DNA of 64,000 nucleotides from Candidatus Sericytochromatia bacterium (GTDB lineage: Bacteria > Cyanobacteriota > Sericytochromatia > S15B-MN24 > JAQBPE01). The stretch is from assembly GCA_040400605.1 (NCBI GenBank), contig JBBAPZ010000003.1, forward strand, positions 170,577 to 234,576. The letters run 5' to 3'. This document shows, piece after piece, positions 30,601 to 40,668 of the stretch (position 1 is the first letter of the stretch; every line of letters begins with the position of its first letter). The notes under the pieces were generated by a model. The model was given only the letters and a program-made list of their open reading frames with translations. It was not told the origin of the DNA and did no database searches. Both the position numbers and the translations under genes were made by a program.

Positions 30601-33393
30601 GTGTTCAAAATTTTGAGACTTTCTTTCTCCAATTGGGATTGCTGGCGTCCGGTCTCCGTGCCGCTGGATGAACCGATTGTGATGTTGGCTGGTCCGAACG
30701 GGTCTGGCAAGACCACGTTTTTGGATGGCATTCGAATCATTCTGAATGCCCCCCGACTGTCCACGAAACGGCGGCGGAACAAGTATATGCGTGATCGCCG
30801 TCAAATGACCGTGGTGACGGCCCTGGTGAGCAATTATCTGCACGAAGGCAACCGTCCCTTTCGGTGCATCAATGTGAACGATGATGTCGTGACCCTCGCG
30901 TGTGTGCTGGTTCCCGGGACCAATGGGGTTGAGAGTCGTTATATGATTCTGCCTGGCGATGTCAGTTTTGCTGATGTGCAGGCGGCGTACGCCAACCAGC
31001 AAATTTATGGTCCCGGGGAGTATTCGGATATTTTGTTCAAGGCTGGTGTTTCACGGTCTTTGTTGTCAATCCTCGCGATTGAGCAGGGCGAAACCAACAA
31101 GCTTTGTGAGCGCAGTCCTCAGGAGTTGTTCACGTATGTGATGCAAATCAAGGGCCAGCGTCAGGTGTTTGATCGCTATCAGGAGGCCAAGGATGGTTAT
31201 CATCGTTCGCTTTCGGAACTGGAGGAACAAAATCGGCGTTTGCAGGTTGAACAGGCGGCGTTGGAGCGTTTGGCCCGTGAAAAGCGGGAGTTCGAACTGT
31301 TTAGGGAGCGTCAGCGGCAGTTGGGGCATTATCGGTCGGTATTGTTGCCGTTGGCTGAGTATAAAGAGGTGCTCGCCGAACTGAAGCGTCTGGGGCCGGA
31401 TCGTGACAGTACGCAGTCACGCCTGAATGCGCTGTTGGCGGATCAGCAGCAGTTACGGAGCTTGCATTCCAGAGAGCTTGAAACGAAGGCGTCGCTGACG
31501 GTGACATTTGCCGAGGCCCGTCAACGGGAACGTGAGCTCGATTCGATGCGTCAAGCGTTGGCCAGTGAGGGGCGTGGCCTGGATCAGGCCATTGGTCGGT
31601 TTGATGCGATCAGGCTTGGAGCGGAACGTGTGCGTCCTGAGGATATGACATCTTTGGAGGATGATCTGGCGGTGGCTGAGGAGGCCTTGGGGCAGGCCCG
31701 GGCTGATCTCGGACGTTTGGAGGATCAAAAGCGAGAACTGATTGGTGTCTTGAATGCGCTGCAAAAAGGTCAGGTTGTCTACCCGCCCTTCGTTAACGAC
31801 ATGCGACACACCCTGCGGGCTGCTGACATCCCGGCGACACTGGTGGCGGAGGCGTTGGAGGTGGTCGATTCGCGTTGGCAAGTCGCCATCGAATCAATTG
31901 TCGGTGGCGATCGCTTCAACTGGATTGTGGCGCCTGAGCACCATTTGGCCTCGTTGGAACTGGCGCGCCGCTCACGCTACCGTCATTACATGTGCGAGCC
32001 CAGTCGCGATCAGGTTCCCAAAGCCAGACCCGGTTCCGCACTCAGCGCGGTAAAGGTGCTCGATGCGCGCGTCCCGCGCTGGATTTTGGATCGACTCAAT
32101 GAAACGGCACTCGTGGATGATGTCGGTGCCGCCAAAGGTGCCTTGGGTAATTTTCAGGCGGCCATCACGCCCGATGGTTATCGTGTGGATCGCCGCGGCG
32201 GCATTTTTATTGGTGTCAGGCCGGGCGAATGCTTTTTGGGCCAGATGGGTGTCACCAGTCGTGCAAAGGAAGGTCTCGAACGTTTGGATGAGATTGAAAG
32301 CGACATTCGTGACGCCAAACAGCAGGTGCAGATTTTTTCCCGTGAATTGGCTGAACGACGCCATGCGATTCAGGAACAAACCAAACGTGTGGAGTGGGAG
32401 TCGCGAAAACCTGAGTATGAGGCGATCGCAGGCAAACGCGAAGATTGGCAGAACGCCATGGAGGCACTCGAAAAAGAGCTGAATCAACTCCGAGACGACA
32501 TGATGATGCAAGGCCAGCGTTTGTCAGCGGCTGATCGCGATGCCGCGCAAGCGGAAAATGACCTTGCGAGAATTCAGCGTGACATTGATCAACTCAAAGC
32601 GCTCCTCGCCAACCGAGAACCACAACTGCGCCAGGCGGAGGCCAATCGCCTCCGGTTGGAATCGCTGATCCCTGAAGAATCACGACAACCTGAGGCTTTG
32701 CAAAACGTGCCCTTGCCCGACATCGTGCGCCTGCGCATCAACGAGATGGAAATCGAACTGGCTCACTATGCGGGCTGCACCGACGAGAGCATCATGATCC
32801 GCCACACGAAACAATCAGAAAACGTGCTAGCCCAGGAAAGCTTTGTCAATCGCCGCCTCCACGACGTCAAAACCGGTGAAGACGAACTGAAAGCCTGTCG
32901 TGCCAGTTACATCAAGCTGGTACAGAAAGTTCTGGAGGAGTATCGCGATCACGCGATGTCCCTCGCCAAACGTGCCAACATTCACCTCGATATGGAATTA
33001 CCCAATCTGTCCACCATGGACGACGGCATCGAAAAAGCGGGCCTCTTCGTCCGCGTTGCCTACGACGGTAAAGAATTGAGAACGCTTTCCGACCCCGACC
33101 TCTCCGGCGGACAAAAGGTGATCGTTAGCCTGCTGCTATTGATGGCCCTCACTGACGGCGAGGGAGCCAATGGACCAGGGTTTTTCATCCTGGATGAACC
33201 GTTTGCACACTTGTCCGTTGAACGGATTGATGAGGTCGGTGAATTTTTACGCAACTCCCGGGCACAGTTCATTCTCACGACGCCCACCACACACAATCAC
33301 AATGTCTTTAACCCTGCCCGGCTCACCATCACCTTGTTCAAAAAACCACACAATGAACAGTTGGCGCCCCCGCCTGTCATCTGTCGGGTTTAA
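30601..33393 (+). CDS. SMC-family ATPase (JetC/MksB/Smc5-6-like)
   Basis: Walker A GPNGSGKTT, Q-loop IEQGE, two coiled coils around a hinge (EVVDSRWQVAIESIVGGDRF), signature LSGGQ, Walker B ILDEPFAHLS, FILTTP. Confidence 0.92.
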   Translation: MFKILRLSFSNWDCWRPVSVPLDEPIVMLAGPNGSGKTTFLDGIRIILNAPRLSTKRRRNKYMRDRRQMTVVTALVSNYLHEGNRPFRCINVNDDVVTLACVLVPGTNGVESRYMILPGDVSFADVQAAYANQQIYGPGEYSDILFKAGVSRSLLSILAIEQGETNKLCERSPQELFTYVMQIKGQRQVFDRYQEAKDGYHRSLSELEEQNRRLQVEQAALERLAREKREFELFRERQRQLGHYRSVLLPLAEYKEVLAELKRLGPDRDSTQSRLNALLADQQQLRSLHSRELETKASLTVTFAEARQRERELDSMRQALASEGRGLDQAIGRFDAIRLGAERVRPEDMTSLEDDLAVAEEALGQARADLGRLEDQKRELIGVLNALQKGQVVYPPFVNDMRHTLRAADIPATLVAEALEVVDSRWQVAIESIVGGDRFNWIVAPEHHLASLELARRSRYRHYMCEPSRDQVPKARPGSALSAVKVLDARVPRWILDRLNETALVDDVGAAKGALGNFQAAITPDGYRVDRRGGIFIGVRPGECFLGQMGVTSRAKEGLERLDEIESDIRDAKQQVQIFSRELAERRHAIQEQTKRVEWESRKPEYEAIAGKREDWQNAMEALEKELNQLRDDMMMQGQRLSAADRDAAQAENDLARIQRDIDQLKALLANREPQLRQAEANRLRLESLIPEESRQPEALQNVPLPDIVRLRINEMEIELAHYAGCTDESIMIRHTKQSENVLAQESFVNRRLHDVKTGEDELKACRASYIKLVQKVLEEYRDHAMSLAKRANIHLDMELPNLSTMDDGIEKAGLFVRVAYDGKELRTLSDPDLSGGQKVIVSLLLLMALTDGEGANGPGFFILDEPFAHLSVERIDEVGEFLRNSRAQFILTTPTTHNHNVFNPARLTITLFKKPHNEQLAPPPVICRV

Positions 33394-33781
33394 CCCCTCC
33401 CAACCCTTTCCATTAACCGAACAGGTCCGGCTACGTTGGGGCTCTCACGAACCGGGGCCTTGATCAACTTCGGCCCAGACAGACACTTGTCGCTCGACCG
33501 CAGGTCTGCCGGATCACGAAGCGGACAATCGCTTGAAACGCCGATTTGACGCTGGATGGAGCCGAGTTCGGCTGCAAACCGAATCCCAGGGGTTAACCAT
33601 TTGCCACTGACAAGGCGTTCAACGGATTTTCAGTGTTTTCTGCCATGAAATGTCAAACCGTGTTTCACCGTCTTTGCTATCCGCAGAAAGGATCCCCGTT
33701 TCGCTTGTGCAAGCGGCCGGTATCTCGTTCATCGAGGCTTCTACGATGACTTTTTTTCTGCCATACCGCTGACCAACAACC

Positions 33782-34861
33782 TTAATGCCGGCGCAAGGCT
33801 AAATGGGCTTCGTGTTGTTCCCGAAGATGCCAAGGCTGCTCGGCGTACACATCGTTAAACAGCGTGTCGACAGTGGGTAACCGCTCCGCTTGCGCTTCTT
33901 TGGCCGCTTCGAGCAATTCCTGATTGAGGGCTTCACGCAGTGCTTCGCCTTCCTCCGGTGTCCAAAGACCACGCTCACGCAAGACACTTTCAAACTGTGC
34001 GATGGGGTCTCGCTCACGCCACGGGGCGACCTCCGCATCATCGCGATAGGCTGATGGGTCATCGGAGGTTGAATGGGGACCTACCCTGTAGGTGAGCGCT
34101 TCAATCAATGTCGCGCCACCACCCGCACGGGCTTTTTCAACAGCCGCACTTGTGGCGGCGTAAGTGGCCAAAAAGTCGTTGCCATCCACTTTTACCCCTT
34201 GTATTCCATAAGCCACGGCACGTCCCGCAATATCTTGGGAGGCCGATTGCTTGCTTGTTGGAACTGAAATGGCCCAGCCGTTGTTCTGGCAGAAAAATAC
34301 GATCGGCGCCTTGTAGACGCCAGCGAAGTTCAACGCGGTGTGAACGTCGGAGGTGGAGGCGGTGCCATCACCGAAATAGGTCATGACCACCACCGGATCG
34401 CCTTTCAGTCTGGCGGCCATCGCCGCGCCAACCGCCTGAGGTACCTGTGTACCGACAGGGGCGCTGATGCTGACAAAATTGACCTCCCGAAACGAATATT
34501 CCGGAGGCAGATTTCGTCCCATCACGTTGTCAGCAGCGTTCCCGAACAGGTGGTCCAACAGCTTGCGCATCGGAATCCCGCGGACGAGTGCCACCGCATG
34601 CTCTCGATAAGACGGAAACACCCAGTCTTGAGGCGCCAATGCCATGCCGCTTGCCACAATTGCGGCCTCCTGACCGAGACAGCCCAACCAGGAATGGATG
34701 CGTCCTGTTCGTTGCAGATTCGTGGCACGGTCGTGAAGGAGGCGCATCATCACCATTGATCGATAGCCTGACAACAAGGCGTTGTCATCCAAGGACACGG
34801 CTGAGGCATTTTCCCCAGCTGTCGCGTTGGCCTGCGTCACCATTGTTTGCTCTGCACCCAT
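33782..34861 (-). CDS. pdhA: Pyruvate/branched-chain 2-oxoacid dehydrogenase E1 alpha
   Basis: GQEA, PSYREH, YFGDGTAS..QNN TPP motif, YRVGPHSTSDDP. Substrate specificity not determined. Confidence 0.88.
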   Translation of the reverse strand: MGAEQTMVTQANATAGENASAVSLDDNALLSGYRSMVMMRLLHDRATNLQRTGRIHSWLGCLGQEAAIVASGMALAPQDWVFPSYREHAVALVRGIPMRKLLDHLFGNAADNVMGRNLPPEYSFREVNFVSISAPVGTQVPQAVGAAMAARLKGDPVVVMTYFGDGTASTSDVHTALNFAGVYKAPIVFFCQNNGWAISVPTSKQSASQDIAGRAVAYGIQGVKVDGNDFLATYAATSAAVEKARAGGGATLIEALTYRVGPHSTSDDPSAYRDDAEVAPWRERDPIAQFESVLRERGLWTPEEGEALREALNQELLEAAKEAQAERLPTVDTLFNDVYAEQPWHLREQHEAHLALRRH

Positions 34862-35013
34862 GCCAATCCCCCTTGATCGCTCGGTCGCTGAACCCAGCCA
34901 CGAATCGTGAACAGCCGGACAACGATCAGTGTATCACGGCAATTTGCACCAAGCGGAGGGCGTCACGGGCAACACTGAAGGCAAGAACCCCCGGACGAGG
35001 CAGGGTGAGCGAA

Positions 35014-35151
35014 TCAGTCTTGCAGGTAAAAGTCTTCAGGACCTGCGCCGCAGTCTGGAAACGGACAGAGATCAGGCGGGTGGTCCCCCTCTTCAATATA
35101 ACCACAACGTGAGCAGACCCACACTTTTTTCTGTTGCGCAACCTCTGCCAT
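35014..35151 (-). CDS. Rubredoxin-like protein (45 aa)
   Basis: Not in the ORF track. MAEVAQQKKVWVCSRCGYIEEGDHPPDLCPFPDCGAGPEDFYLQD with AAGGAG RBS. Confidence 0.85.
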   Translation of the reverse strand: MAEVAQQKKVWVCSRCGYIEEGDHPPDLCPFPDCGAGPEDFYLQD

Positions 35152-35726
35152 GGTCATCTCCTTCAAACGATGCGATCAAGGTGGCACCGTGTCGGTTTTA
35201 TTCCCAAAAACACACATTACGGAACGTTCAGTTTGAAACAGGACGCAGGAATCATCAACGTCACTGATCAGACGACAACGAACAGACCAAGACAGGCAAG
35301 TAAGAAGACTGATACTGGTTGCTACAGGCGGCAGTGTAACAACGTACCTTTAAGCAACAACCAGTCAGTTTGATGGATAGCAGGACGCGTCGGATTGATC
35401 GTTCAGATAGATTCATCGCTTCGGCGTCACATTGGTCGTTTGTCGGCGCGTTGTTGCCTGGATGTACCTTGCGGTGCCAGCCATTTTTACCAAAAAAACT
35501 GTTCAGGCTGATGGTTGGGGCTCCGAGAAGGTTTCGTCTGGTTGCGGTTATCAGCACCTGTTGATACAATTCCACTGGTGACGTGTGCGTTTCAGTATGC
35601 AGTCGCCGAACAGTTTCCCTGGTCGCTCGATGCCAACTGTTGCAGTGAGGTGTGCGCGACCCAACGTGTAAGCCCGACCGCATGGTTGGCTGGCAAGATC
35701 ATGAAACGGTAAGGAAGTAGGAAAAC

Positions 35727-36842
35727 GTGTTGACGCCGAATGTTGAGCAAACCATGGAAGAGTTCATCGATTACGATTCGACCTTCCGGAATTTTCAGCA
35801 GGGTGACATCGTGACAGGCTATGTCATTCGTGTGTCGCCAGATGAGGTTTTGGTTGATGTTGGCGGCAAGTCGGAGGGTGTGATTCCGATCCGTGAATTG
35901 AGCAGCACCCACGTGGGTGATCCCCGCGAGTTCGTTTCGGAAGGCGACGAACTGGAATTGTACATCCTGCGGGAAGAGAACGAAGATGGGCAATTGACGC
36001 TCTCAAAAAAACGGGTTGACCAGGCCCGTGGTTGGATCCAGGCGCTCAAGGATTATGAAGAGGAAAAAACGATCAGTGCCCCGGTCAAGGACGTGGTCAA
36101 GGGCGGTGTGATCGTTGACACGTACAAATTGCGTGGTTTTGTGCCTGCGTCCCAGTTGCGGACGAAGGGGCCTCACGAAGAATTGATTGGGCAGGAGCTG
36201 CCGCTTAAGATCATCGAAGTGGATCAACGGCGCAACAAGCTTATTTTGTCGCATCGGCAGGCGATCGCGGCAGAGAAGGGTAAGCAGCGGTCTGAAACCT
36301 TGGCCTCTTTGGAGATTAACCAAATTGTCGAGGGTAAGGTGGTTCGCATTGCTGACTTTGGTGCATTCATTGATTTGGGTGGTATTGATGGGTTGTTGCC
36401 CATTTCAGAGATTTCGTGGCAACGCATCCAGCATCCGTCTGATCTGCTCAAAATCGGCGACGATTTGACTTTGAAAGTGTTGAAAGTGGATCGGGAAAGC
36501 CACAAGATTTCCTTGTCCCTGAAGCAGTTGCAGACAGATCCTTGGTCGACGTTGGCGGAGCGGTATCGTGAAGGCGAAGTGATCGAGGGGCGTGTGACCA
36601 AGCTTGCAACCTTTGGTGCTTTTGTTGAGATCGAACCGGGTGTTGAAGCGTTGTTGCCGACCGCGGAGATGTCGGAGCGTCAGGTGAAGCCTGAGGAGAT
36701 CGTCGAAGTGGGTCAGGAGATTCGGGCGCAAATCAAGCGTTTCCGTCCAGAGGACAAGCGTATTTCGCTGAGCTTGCGTGATGTGGCGCAAGACATTACC
36801 CGTGAAGACGCTGAGGGTGAAGATGGGGCGGCGGACGCGTAA
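35727..36842 (+). CDS. rpsA: 30S ribosomal protein S1 (short, four S1 domains)
   Basis: VDVGGKSEGVIP, RGFVPASQL, DFGAFIDLGGIDGLLPISEISW, FGAFVEIEPGVEAL. Confidence 0.95.
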   Translation: MLTPNVEQTMEEFIDYDSTFRNFQQGDIVTGYVIRVSPDEVLVDVGGKSEGVIPIRELSSTHVGDPREFVSEGDELELYILREENEDGQLTLSKKRVDQARGWIQALKDYEEEKTISAPVKDVVKGGVIVDTYKLRGFVPASQLRTKGPHEELIGQELPLKIIEVDQRRNKLILSHRQAIAAEKGKQRSETLASLEINQIVEGKVVRIADFGAFIDLGGIDGLLPISEISWQRIQHPSDLLKIGDDLTLKVLKVDRESHKISLSLKQLQTDPWSTLAERYREGEVIEGRVTKLATFGAFVEIEPGVEALLPTAEMSERQVKPEEIVEVGQEIRAQIKRFRPEDKRISLSLRDVAQDITREDAEGEDGAADA

Positions 36843-38229
36843 GAAGCCCTCTGGGGGTGTGATTGCTTCAGTGGAGTCGGGCAGCATTGCTGCCCGACTT
36901 GATCTGCGTGTCGGCGATCGCTTGTTGCGCATTAACGGCAAGGTGTTGCGTGACATCATTGATTACCGGTATGAATGCGCCGAAGAGGCGTTGCGTTTAC
37001 AGGTTCAGCGTGGCGACTCGCGATTCTCCGTGCTTGTGAACAAAGAGATCGATGATGATCTTGGCATCTCGTTTGAGTTGGCTGTCTTCGATAACATCAT
37101 TGAGTGTCACAATCGTTGTTCATTCTGTTTCATTCATCAGATGGCAAGGGGTTTAAGGCATTCGCTGTATATCATGGACGATGATTATCGACTGAGCTTT
37201 CTGCAGGGCAATTTTGTTACCTTGACGAACATGACCCCTGCTGATTGGAAGCGGGTTAAACAGGATCACTTGAGTCCGCTGAATGTGTCGGTGCATGCGA
37301 CCAACCCGGAATTGCGGGCAGAAATGATCAAGCACCCGGATGGTGGGCGCATCATGGCGCATTTGCGGCGTTTAAGGCGTCATGGAATCGATTTTAATGC
37401 GCAGATTGTTTTTTGTCCGGGGTTGAATGATGGTGCTGAATTGGATCGAACCATTGGTGACTTGGCTCGATTGGTACCATCGTTGTTATCGATCGCGATT
37501 GTTCCGATTGGCCTGACGCAGTTTCGCAAGTATTTGCCCCAGATGACGCCTGTATCCAAGGAGCTGGCGCGGGCGACCATTCAGCAGGTTCGTCAGTGGC
37601 AAACGCGATTTCAGGCGGAGTTCGGTGATCCCATCGTGCGTTTGGGTGATGAGTTTTATTTGATCGCCGAACTTCCCTTGCCCGGTCATCGGCATTATGG
37701 TGATTACGACCAGTTGGGGGATGGTGTTGGCGGTGCGGCACTGATTGCCCACGAGTTCAAACGATTGTCACGCAAATTGCCCAGTGCGTTGACATCCTCG
37801 CGTCGGGTCACCGTGATTACTGGTGAAGCCGGGGAACGTGTTTTGCAACCATTCGTGACGCGGTTGAATCAGATTGAAGCGCTCACGGTTCGCTTGAGGG
37901 TGGTTCCCAGCCTGTTCTGGGGTGGCATCATCACTGTGACCGGGTTGGTGACGGGGGAGGATCTGTTGCGGGAGTTGCGCGATGAGGATCTTGGCGATGC
38001 GGTGATCGTGTCGCGTGTCATGTTGAAAGATGGCACGGATCTCACGCTGGATGGCAAACGCATTTCGGAGTTAGCCGAGGCGTTGGGTGTTCCGATTCAT
38101 GCAGTCGAAAATTCAGCGACCGGCTTGATTGCAGGCGTTTTGGGAGAACCTGAAAGCCATTGGGCCCTCTCGGAACGCCTGTACGGCAATGCGTACGAGC
38201 CAAACCTGCCCTTGGCTGCCCTCAACTAA
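36823..38229 (+). CDS. PDZ plus radical-SAM protein (DUF512/TIGR03279-like)
   Basis: N-terminal PDZ-like SIAARLDLRVGDRLLRING, CHNRCSFC, DDDYRLSFLQGNFVTLTN, TVTGLVTG. Confidence 0.88.
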   Translation: MGRRTRKKPSGGVIASVESGSIAARLDLRVGDRLLRINGKVLRDIIDYRYECAEEALRLQVQRGDSRFSVLVNKEIDDDLGISFELAVFDNIIECHNRCSFCFIHQMARGLRHSLYIMDDDYRLSFLQGNFVTLTNMTPADWKRVKQDHLSPLNVSVHATNPELRAEMIKHPDGGRIMAHLRRLRRHGIDFNAQIVFCPGLNDGAELDRTIGDLARLVPSLLSIAIVPIGLTQFRKYLPQMTPVSKELARATIQQVRQWQTRFQAEFGDPIVRLGDEFYLIAELPLPGHRHYGDYDQLGDGVGGAALIAHEFKRLSRKLPSALTSSRRVTVITGEAGERVLQPFVTRLNQIEALTVRLRVVPSLFWGGIITVTGLVTGEDLLRELRDEDLGDAVIVSRVMLKDGTDLTLDGKRISELAEALGVPIHAVENSATGLIAGVLGEPESHWALSERLYGNAYEPNLPLAALN

Positions 38230-38368
38230 GTGACGGGTCACGTTGAGACAGGGTCGCCACGAACAGTGAATGGCCCTTGGGCGTGCGGAGGTGTGTTGCA
38301 CTCGCTTTGTGGATTGCTGCGTCTCAGACTGGGTATAATAAATACGTTATTTGTCAGGAGATGGTTCC

Positions 38369-39325
38369 GTGTTGGAAAAATATCTCAAAACCTTGTTAAA
38401 CGGGGGCGTCGAGGAGCGAAACCTTGGTGACCTGGCGGAAGGAATGGCGCGTTTTCACTCAGGTGATTTCGCTGAAGCATTGCCTTTACTTTTGCGGGCT
38501 ATCGAACAACACGCTGACGACTTCCAGGCGCTTTTTGCGATTGCCAAGATTTATTTTGTACACGGTCAACATGAAGATGCTTTGCCTTATTTGAAACGCG
38601 CACTTGCTCTGGATGGCAAACACGGTGAGCTTCATTTTACCTTGGCTGAGATTTATGCTGCACAGCCTGACTTGGATTCGGCCAATTATCATTACCAGAA
38701 AGCCGTGTATTGTGACCCTGAGTTTACGGACGCCTTCATTCGTTTGGGTTGTCTTCAGGTACGGCAGAATCAGTGTGAGGAGGCGATCAAGAGTTTTGAA
38801 CGGGCTATCTTCCTCGACCGTACGGCGGTCGTGGCGCGTTATGAGTTGGCACGCACGTGTTATCGGCTCGGCGATTCACGTCGTGCATTGACCCAACTGC
38901 ATCTTGTTCGGGAGTTGCAGGACAGTTATGCCCCCGTTTACGCCCTTCAAGGGGAAATTTTTAGCCAGTTGGGCGATTGGCGTCAAGCGATACTGGAACT
39001 TGAGCGTGCACACAGTCTCGGGCCGGCAACAATTAACAGTTCTTACCATTTGGGCATGGCTTGTCAAGCGCTGGGTGAATTCGACAAAGCGGTGCGTGCG
39101 TACGGACGCTTGCTTGAATTGGATCCGGGGCACCATTTGGCGCATCATCGCTTGGCTCAACTGCACGAACGGTCCAACCGGGTTGATTTGGCCCGAACAC
39201 ATTACCAAGTGGTGCTTCAGGTGCCCGAGTTTCAGGAAGATGCCATGCAGGCATTGGTGCGCCTGGATGCTTTCGAGGCTGCTGTGAGTCGTACGATGTC
39301 CGGGTCAGAAGATTCGTCATCGTGA
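38369..39325 (+). CDS. Tetratricopeptide-repeat protein
   Basis: Many TPR units (e.g. AFIRLG..EEAIKSFERAI); AGGAG RBS before GTG 38369. Confidence 0.9.
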   Translation: MLEKYLKTLLNGGVEERNLGDLAEGMARFHSGDFAEALPLLLRAIEQHADDFQALFAIAKIYFVHGQHEDALPYLKRALALDGKHGELHFTLAEIYAAQPDLDSANYHYQKAVYCDPEFTDAFIRLGCLQVRQNQCEEAIKSFERAIFLDRTAVVARYELARTCYRLGDSRRALTQLHLVRELQDSYAPVYALQGEIFSQLGDWRQAILELERAHSLGPATINSSYHLGMACQALGEFDKAVRAYGRLLELDPGHHLAHHRLAQLHERSNRVDLARTHYQVVLQVPEFQEDAMQALVRLDAFEAAVSRTMSGSEDSSS

Positions 39326-39534
39326 TGCTGGCCTGCCACAAGACGATTTGAGCCAGGTTGCAGGCAAAGTGCACTCAGACAGGCATCTTCAAGCGCTGAC
39401 TAGTTTGATGAGGTGTCGAAAAGGCGTTAAGTGGACTTCGCATACAGCGGGGAAATCGGTCGGTTTGAGGATTGAATTTTTTACAGACTGCGCCGTGTTT
39501 TGATAATCTCGTGCCATCAACGGTCGTGTGACTG

Positions 39535-40668
39535 TTAAAATGAGGTCCCGGCGGCGATAACTGGAAAGATCCCTTCGCTGCTGCCATTTAATTCCAGTCT
39601 GCCGAGCGGCACCCCACCCACGAGCAAGATGAGTGACGCACCGCCGCCGATGCGGATGTCCTCGCCCATCGCTGGTCCGAGGCGCGGTTCCCAGACTCGT
39701 CCGCCATCGAGGTAGGCAGCGCCTGCGAGATTGAAGGCAAGCCCCTCTGGCCCCAAAAGGCCGAGTGGGTTGGCGCGCCAGCTGCCCAGATTGCGGCGGT
39801 ATTCCAATGAGGCGACCGCCAGGCGATCGCCGGTGAAGCGATTCCATTGATAACCGCGCAAAAAATTGCCTCCACCAGCCGCATATTTATTAATCCACGC
39901 CAAGCGCGGAAGCCCTGCACCCGCGGTGATGCGAAACAGTAAAATATGCCCCACCCAGTTCCATGTCTGTAACCACTCCGATTGCATTTGCCAAAACATG
40001 AAGCGGGAGTTTCCCGCATGCAGGCCCTGTGTCGCCCATGTTCGTGCCCGCATCCCATTCGTTGGCCATCGTGGATCATTCAACGTATTGAACTCAATAA
40101 AAGGCCCCAGGCTACCACTCAGTCCTTGTGTCAACATCGCATCATAGTTCCCGGTATCCGGGACGCCCCCCGTCACGATGCTTGATATGACGCCAAAAGC
40201 CAATCTGGGTTGGACCCAAATCCAGTAACGACCGTTGAGTTGCCAGATATTGTTCCAGAAAAGCTCGGCAGGCAGGCCAGATGGTGGTTCCGGGCTCAAT
40301 TTGGCTGGGTCATAAAAAAAATTGCGACGCCAGATGTAGCCACCTTGAAGATGAGCCTCGTGTGTCTGGCCCGCGACGACAAAATTGGTCATCTCCATGT
40401 TCATCAGGCACGCCATCATCGGAACGGGAATGGCACCCCAGCGAAACTGGGGGGTCGCGATGGCGCCAACAATCGGCTCTTGGGGATTTGCCTCGGCTGG
40501 CGCTGTCAGGAATACCCCAAGTGTCAATACACCCCGTTTAATGATTTGAACGATGGGGTTTGTGACCTGCGGAAATCGTACGCAGCCTTTGACGCAATTG
40601 ATGCCACTGTGTTTGAAGTGCTTGCTGGGAGGGGCTTTCTTCTGGCTTGGCAAACCGGGTAAATTCAT
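39535..40668 (-). CDS. Omp85/BamA-TamA family beta-barrel (barrel only; true start probably near 40530)
   Basis: GGGNFLRGY..RFTGDR..SLEYR lid motif, YLDGGRVW, C-terminal Phe. Confidence 0.75.
   Translation of the reverse strand: MNLPGLPSQKKAPPSKHFKHSGINCVKGCVRFPQVTNPIVQIIKRGVLTLGVFLTAPAEANPQEPIVGAIATPQFRWGAIPVPMMACLMNMEMTNFVVAGQTHEAHLQGGYIWRRNFFYDPAKLSPEPPSGLPAELFWNNIWQLNGRYWIWVQPRLAFGVISSIVTGGVPDTGNYDAMLTQGLSGSLGPFIEFNTLNDPRWPTNGMRARTWATQGLHAGNSRFMFWQMQSEWLQTWNWVGHILLFRITAGAGLPRLAWINKYAAGGGNFLRGYQWNRFTGDRLAVASLEYRRNLGSWRANPLGLLGPEGLAFNLAGAAYLDGGRVWEPRLGPAMGEDIRIGGGASLILLVGGVPLGRLELNGSSEGIFPVIAAGTSF

Noticed and set aside
33394..33781. Possible jetD/mksG remnant after the SMC gene
   Set aside because: No ORF of useful length and no Toprim-like motif seen.
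34926..35141. 71-aa minus-strand ORF from the track
   Set aside because: An overlapping alternative frame encodes a clear rubredoxin-like protein with an RBS.
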